Source: Balanoglossus misakiensis | Lineage: Eukaryota; Animalia; Hemichordata | Reading direction: 5' to 3' | Length of the DNA stretch: 64,000 bases | Assembly: GCA_040954595.2 (NCBI GenBank) | Contig: CM082584.2 | Location: 2,821,344 to 2,885,343 of the forward strand | Shown here: positions 63,296-64,000 of the stretch, in pieces | Layout: each line of letters opens with the position of its first letter | How positions within the stretch are numbered: position 1 is the stretch's first letter | The notes under the pieces: model-generated | Database searches by the model: none | What the model saw: only the letters and a program-made list of their open reading frames with translations | Told to the model about the DNA's origin: nothing | Program-made: the position numbers and the translations under genes

Positions 63296-64000
63296 AAATG
63301 AATAAATATATCTGCATTGATAGAATAAACCTGCAGAAGTCAGGTTGGTATTTACCTTGTTTTGTATGTTAGCATCAGCTTTGTGTTCCAATAACAATCT
63401 GACAAGGCCTTCACCATCATCCCTCCTTGCTGCATCATGCGAAGGGGTGTCTCCATTCTGTAAGTAATGAAGGAGGAGCATGAGAATAATGTCACAAAAA
63501 TTGAAATCTAATGTGAAATTTCCTTAAAGCCTCAGTATTTCTCGTAGGGGCAAAATTTTGTTCGAAATGGCATCTATAATTTCTAAAAGTACATGATAAT
63601 TGATACTGAATCGAACAGTCATCATCCCCAGCTCTGCTCATAAACTCATACAATTTACAATATAACGAGTGAAGAATGACTTTCTGTCCGGACAGAAAGT
63701 CAGGCTTTGTTGACACACGTGACTAGTGCGCATGCGCACTCAAATGTGAATATATGCGGAAGAGGTTTGGTCGCCCCAAATCAAGCGACTCAGCGAAGAA
63801 ATGAGCACTAATTCGGCGAAATTTTGGGAAGATAACTTTATGGGAGAAATCAGTCGATGGAACCAGATCAAATCCGAAAATGGTCTGACCATCAAATGTC
63901 AAAGTGGCACGTTTGCTGATCGACATGTACAACATTTCCGTTGTAAACAAACCCGCGCATCATTTCAAGTGTTACGGGCAATATTTACAGCTTGCACATA

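Larger units (their letters stand above)
40462..63457 (-). pseudogene. Ankyrin-ROC-COR-death domain (ROCO, DAPK1-like) pseudogene; 5' exons beyond the window
   Basis: Exons: 63457-63356 (ankyrin NGDTPSHDAA...LLEHKADANIQNK), 63178-63081, 62061-62003, 60294-60235, 59511-59383 (P-loop GYGGNGKTT), 58940-58656 (TPTPG, WDFAGQTEYY), 58349-58223 (IGSKAD), 44772-44593 (COR, YLHYLGE) and 41697-40462 (COR LDPQWLC...; death-domain-like DYRAMADLMG...SPTQHALSVW). In-frame stops at 41295-41293, 41118-41116 and 40644-40642. Confidence 0.88.

Overview
AT-rich animal genomic DNA with spliceosomal introns; the TE repertoire suggests a marine invertebrate, possibly a deuterostome (inference only). The window is a dense, nested transposable-element cluster plus one decayed host gene. 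Left to right: (1) an IS3EU/IS481-like integrase with a 10-copy palindromic subterminal array (1-2331); (2) a broken multi-exon gene for an unusual SAP-domain DDE transposase with RAG1/Transib-like catalytic and Zn motifs (~6.1-23.3 kb), interrupted by a 4-kb foldback element and by five nested Helentron-type non-autonomous elements (HINEs); (3) a multi-exon Kolobok-type transposase pseudogene (25.5-33.4 kb) with three more nested HINEs in intron 1; (4) on the minus strand, an ankyrin-ROC-COR-death-domain (ROCO/DAPK-like) pseudogene (63.5-40.5 kb). Its introns hold an ISL2EU-like element (THAP-DDE_Tnp_4 transposase plus a convergent SWIM gene), which itself contains a long-TIR element, an Academ-like element, a CR1 fragment and an apparently intact LINE. 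That LINE has a 2A-like NPGP peptide in ORF1 and an ATG-less ORF2 in frame behind a single TAG. Many MITEs are present. All family assignments come from motif recognition by eye; no database searches were run.
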